A stretch of 64,000 nucleotides of DNA from the NCBI GenBank assembly GCA_965279375.1, contig OZ257156.1, forward strand, positions 4,576,001-4,640,000, read 5' to 3'. The notes below the pieces were generated by a model that was given only the letters and a program-made list of their open reading frames with translations, had not been told where the DNA came from and searched no databases. The stretch's first letter is position 1, and every line of letters begins with the position of its first letter. The position numbers and the translations under genes were made by a program. This stretch comes from Gemmatimonas sp. (GTDB lineage Bacteria; Gemmatimonadota; Gemmatimonadetes; Gemmatimonadales; Gemmatimonadaceae). Shown piece by piece: positions 63,225-64,000 of this stretch.

Positions 63225-64000
63225 GGGACGTACTGCGACATCAGCGTTCGGCGCACTGCGAGGTGTGCGCGCAGCGTGGATGCGGCCGCGGTGAACGCTG
63301 CTTGATTGGCGAGTTGCGTGTAGCCAGTCTGCTCGCCGTTGACGCCGACGACGTACGGCGAGATCAGCGCGGTGTACCTGTCAACCAGTTCGTTCATCGC
63401 CGTCGTCGTGAAGACCGACTCGTTGAACGTCTTCATGTGCGCCTTGTAGCGTGCGAGGTAGACCGGATCGTCCGCGACGTAGCGCAGAAGCGGCCACGTG
63501 GCGCCGACCTCGTTCATCGACAGCGACACACCTTGCTGTCCGCCGCCACCGGGTCCAAACCCACCACCGCCTCCGGTCGCGGCCGTGATGCCTGGGCTTC
63601 CCGTCATCGACTGATTGTGATCCCACGGAATCCAGATGAGCTTTCGCGTGGGATGGTTGAAGAGGTAGTAGTTATGGGCAATCGCGCCGTAGGTGTCCCA
63701 ATTCACGATGGCGTTGTTGACCGCGAGGCGCTTGAGGAAGTGATCCATGTCGAACGTGGCCTCGAGTCCGGCGCGCCACGCAGCGGCGTTCGACGTACGC
63801 GTCGTGCTGTTGAGGGCGGCCAAGAACGACTGGACGTCGGTGTAGTTCGCGGCCGTTTCGTTGTTCTTCTTCTCGAACTGGCTCTGGACGAAAGTCTGGA
63901 AGTTGGATTCGGGTTTGTAGATGTTGCCCGAGTCGCTGCCGAACTGGTCCTTCACCATCGTGTCGTCGATGACTTCGAGCGCGGTATAGACGCCGCAGTA
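63221..64000 (-). CDS. CotH kinase family protein (N-terminus outside window)
   Basis: Frame open to 64000: YCGVYTALEVIDD, GNIYK, NWDTYGAIAHNYYL, WIPWDHN. Confidence 0.9.
   Translation of the reverse strand, partial: YCGVYTALEVIDDTMVKDQFGSDSGNIYKPESNFQTFVQSQFEKKNNETAANYTDVQSFLAALNSTTRTSNAAAWRAGLEATFDMDHFLKRLAVNNAIVNWDTYGAIAHNYYLFNHPTRKLIWIPWDHNQSMTGSPGITAATGGGGGFGPGGGGQQGVSLSMNEVGATWPLLRYVADDPVYLARYKAHMKTFNESVFTTTAMNELVDRYTALISPYVVGVNGEQTGYTQLANQAAFTAAASTLRAHLAVRRTLMSQYVP

Noticed and set aside
63221..64000. CotH as evidence of sporulation
   Set aside because: CotH-family kinases are widespread in non-sporulating bacteria; the window has LPS-type genes and no spo genes

Overview
GC-rich bacterial chromosome segment. 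Gene content and order suggest a Gemmatimonadota-like organism (inference, not searched). It is densely coding with about 57 genes, mostly housekeeping. In order: a phosphate/polyphosphate cluster (ppx, ppk1, pit, DUF47); rhomboid, dnaK, htrA; tRNA-Leu(TAG); a carotenoid cluster (crtB, cruF-like, crtI); tig-clpP-clpX-lon-engB; trpE followed by an FHA-GAF adenylate cyclase and two LPS-type genes; maf, metZ, dtd; prfC, glmS, glmM; an HD-GYP response regulator; metB; purD-mutM-uvrC-like; an ECF sigma/Ser-Thr kinase pair; an ldh-like gene; a propeller-GGT fusion; a late menaquinone (futalosine-type) operon; a SigW-like sigma/anti-sigma locus; and, at the right edge, a tightly coupled CotH kinase-VTC-DUF4956-DUF2490 operon. 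No integrase, transposase, prophage or CRISPR array was seen. The best candidates for poorly described biology are: (1) the CotH/VTC/DUF4956/outer-membrane-barrel operon, a possible polyphosphate synthesis, export and extracytoplasmic kinase module; (2) an orphan 524-aa protein with a putative RelE-like C-terminus next to a ~170-bp hairpin element; (3) a tricorn-like propeller-GGT chimera; (4) a probable CTG-initiated lon; (5) several regulatory motifs (PpsR-type palindrome, ECF-like and sigma54-like promoters). All family assignments come from motif recognition by eye, and start codons were picked manually.
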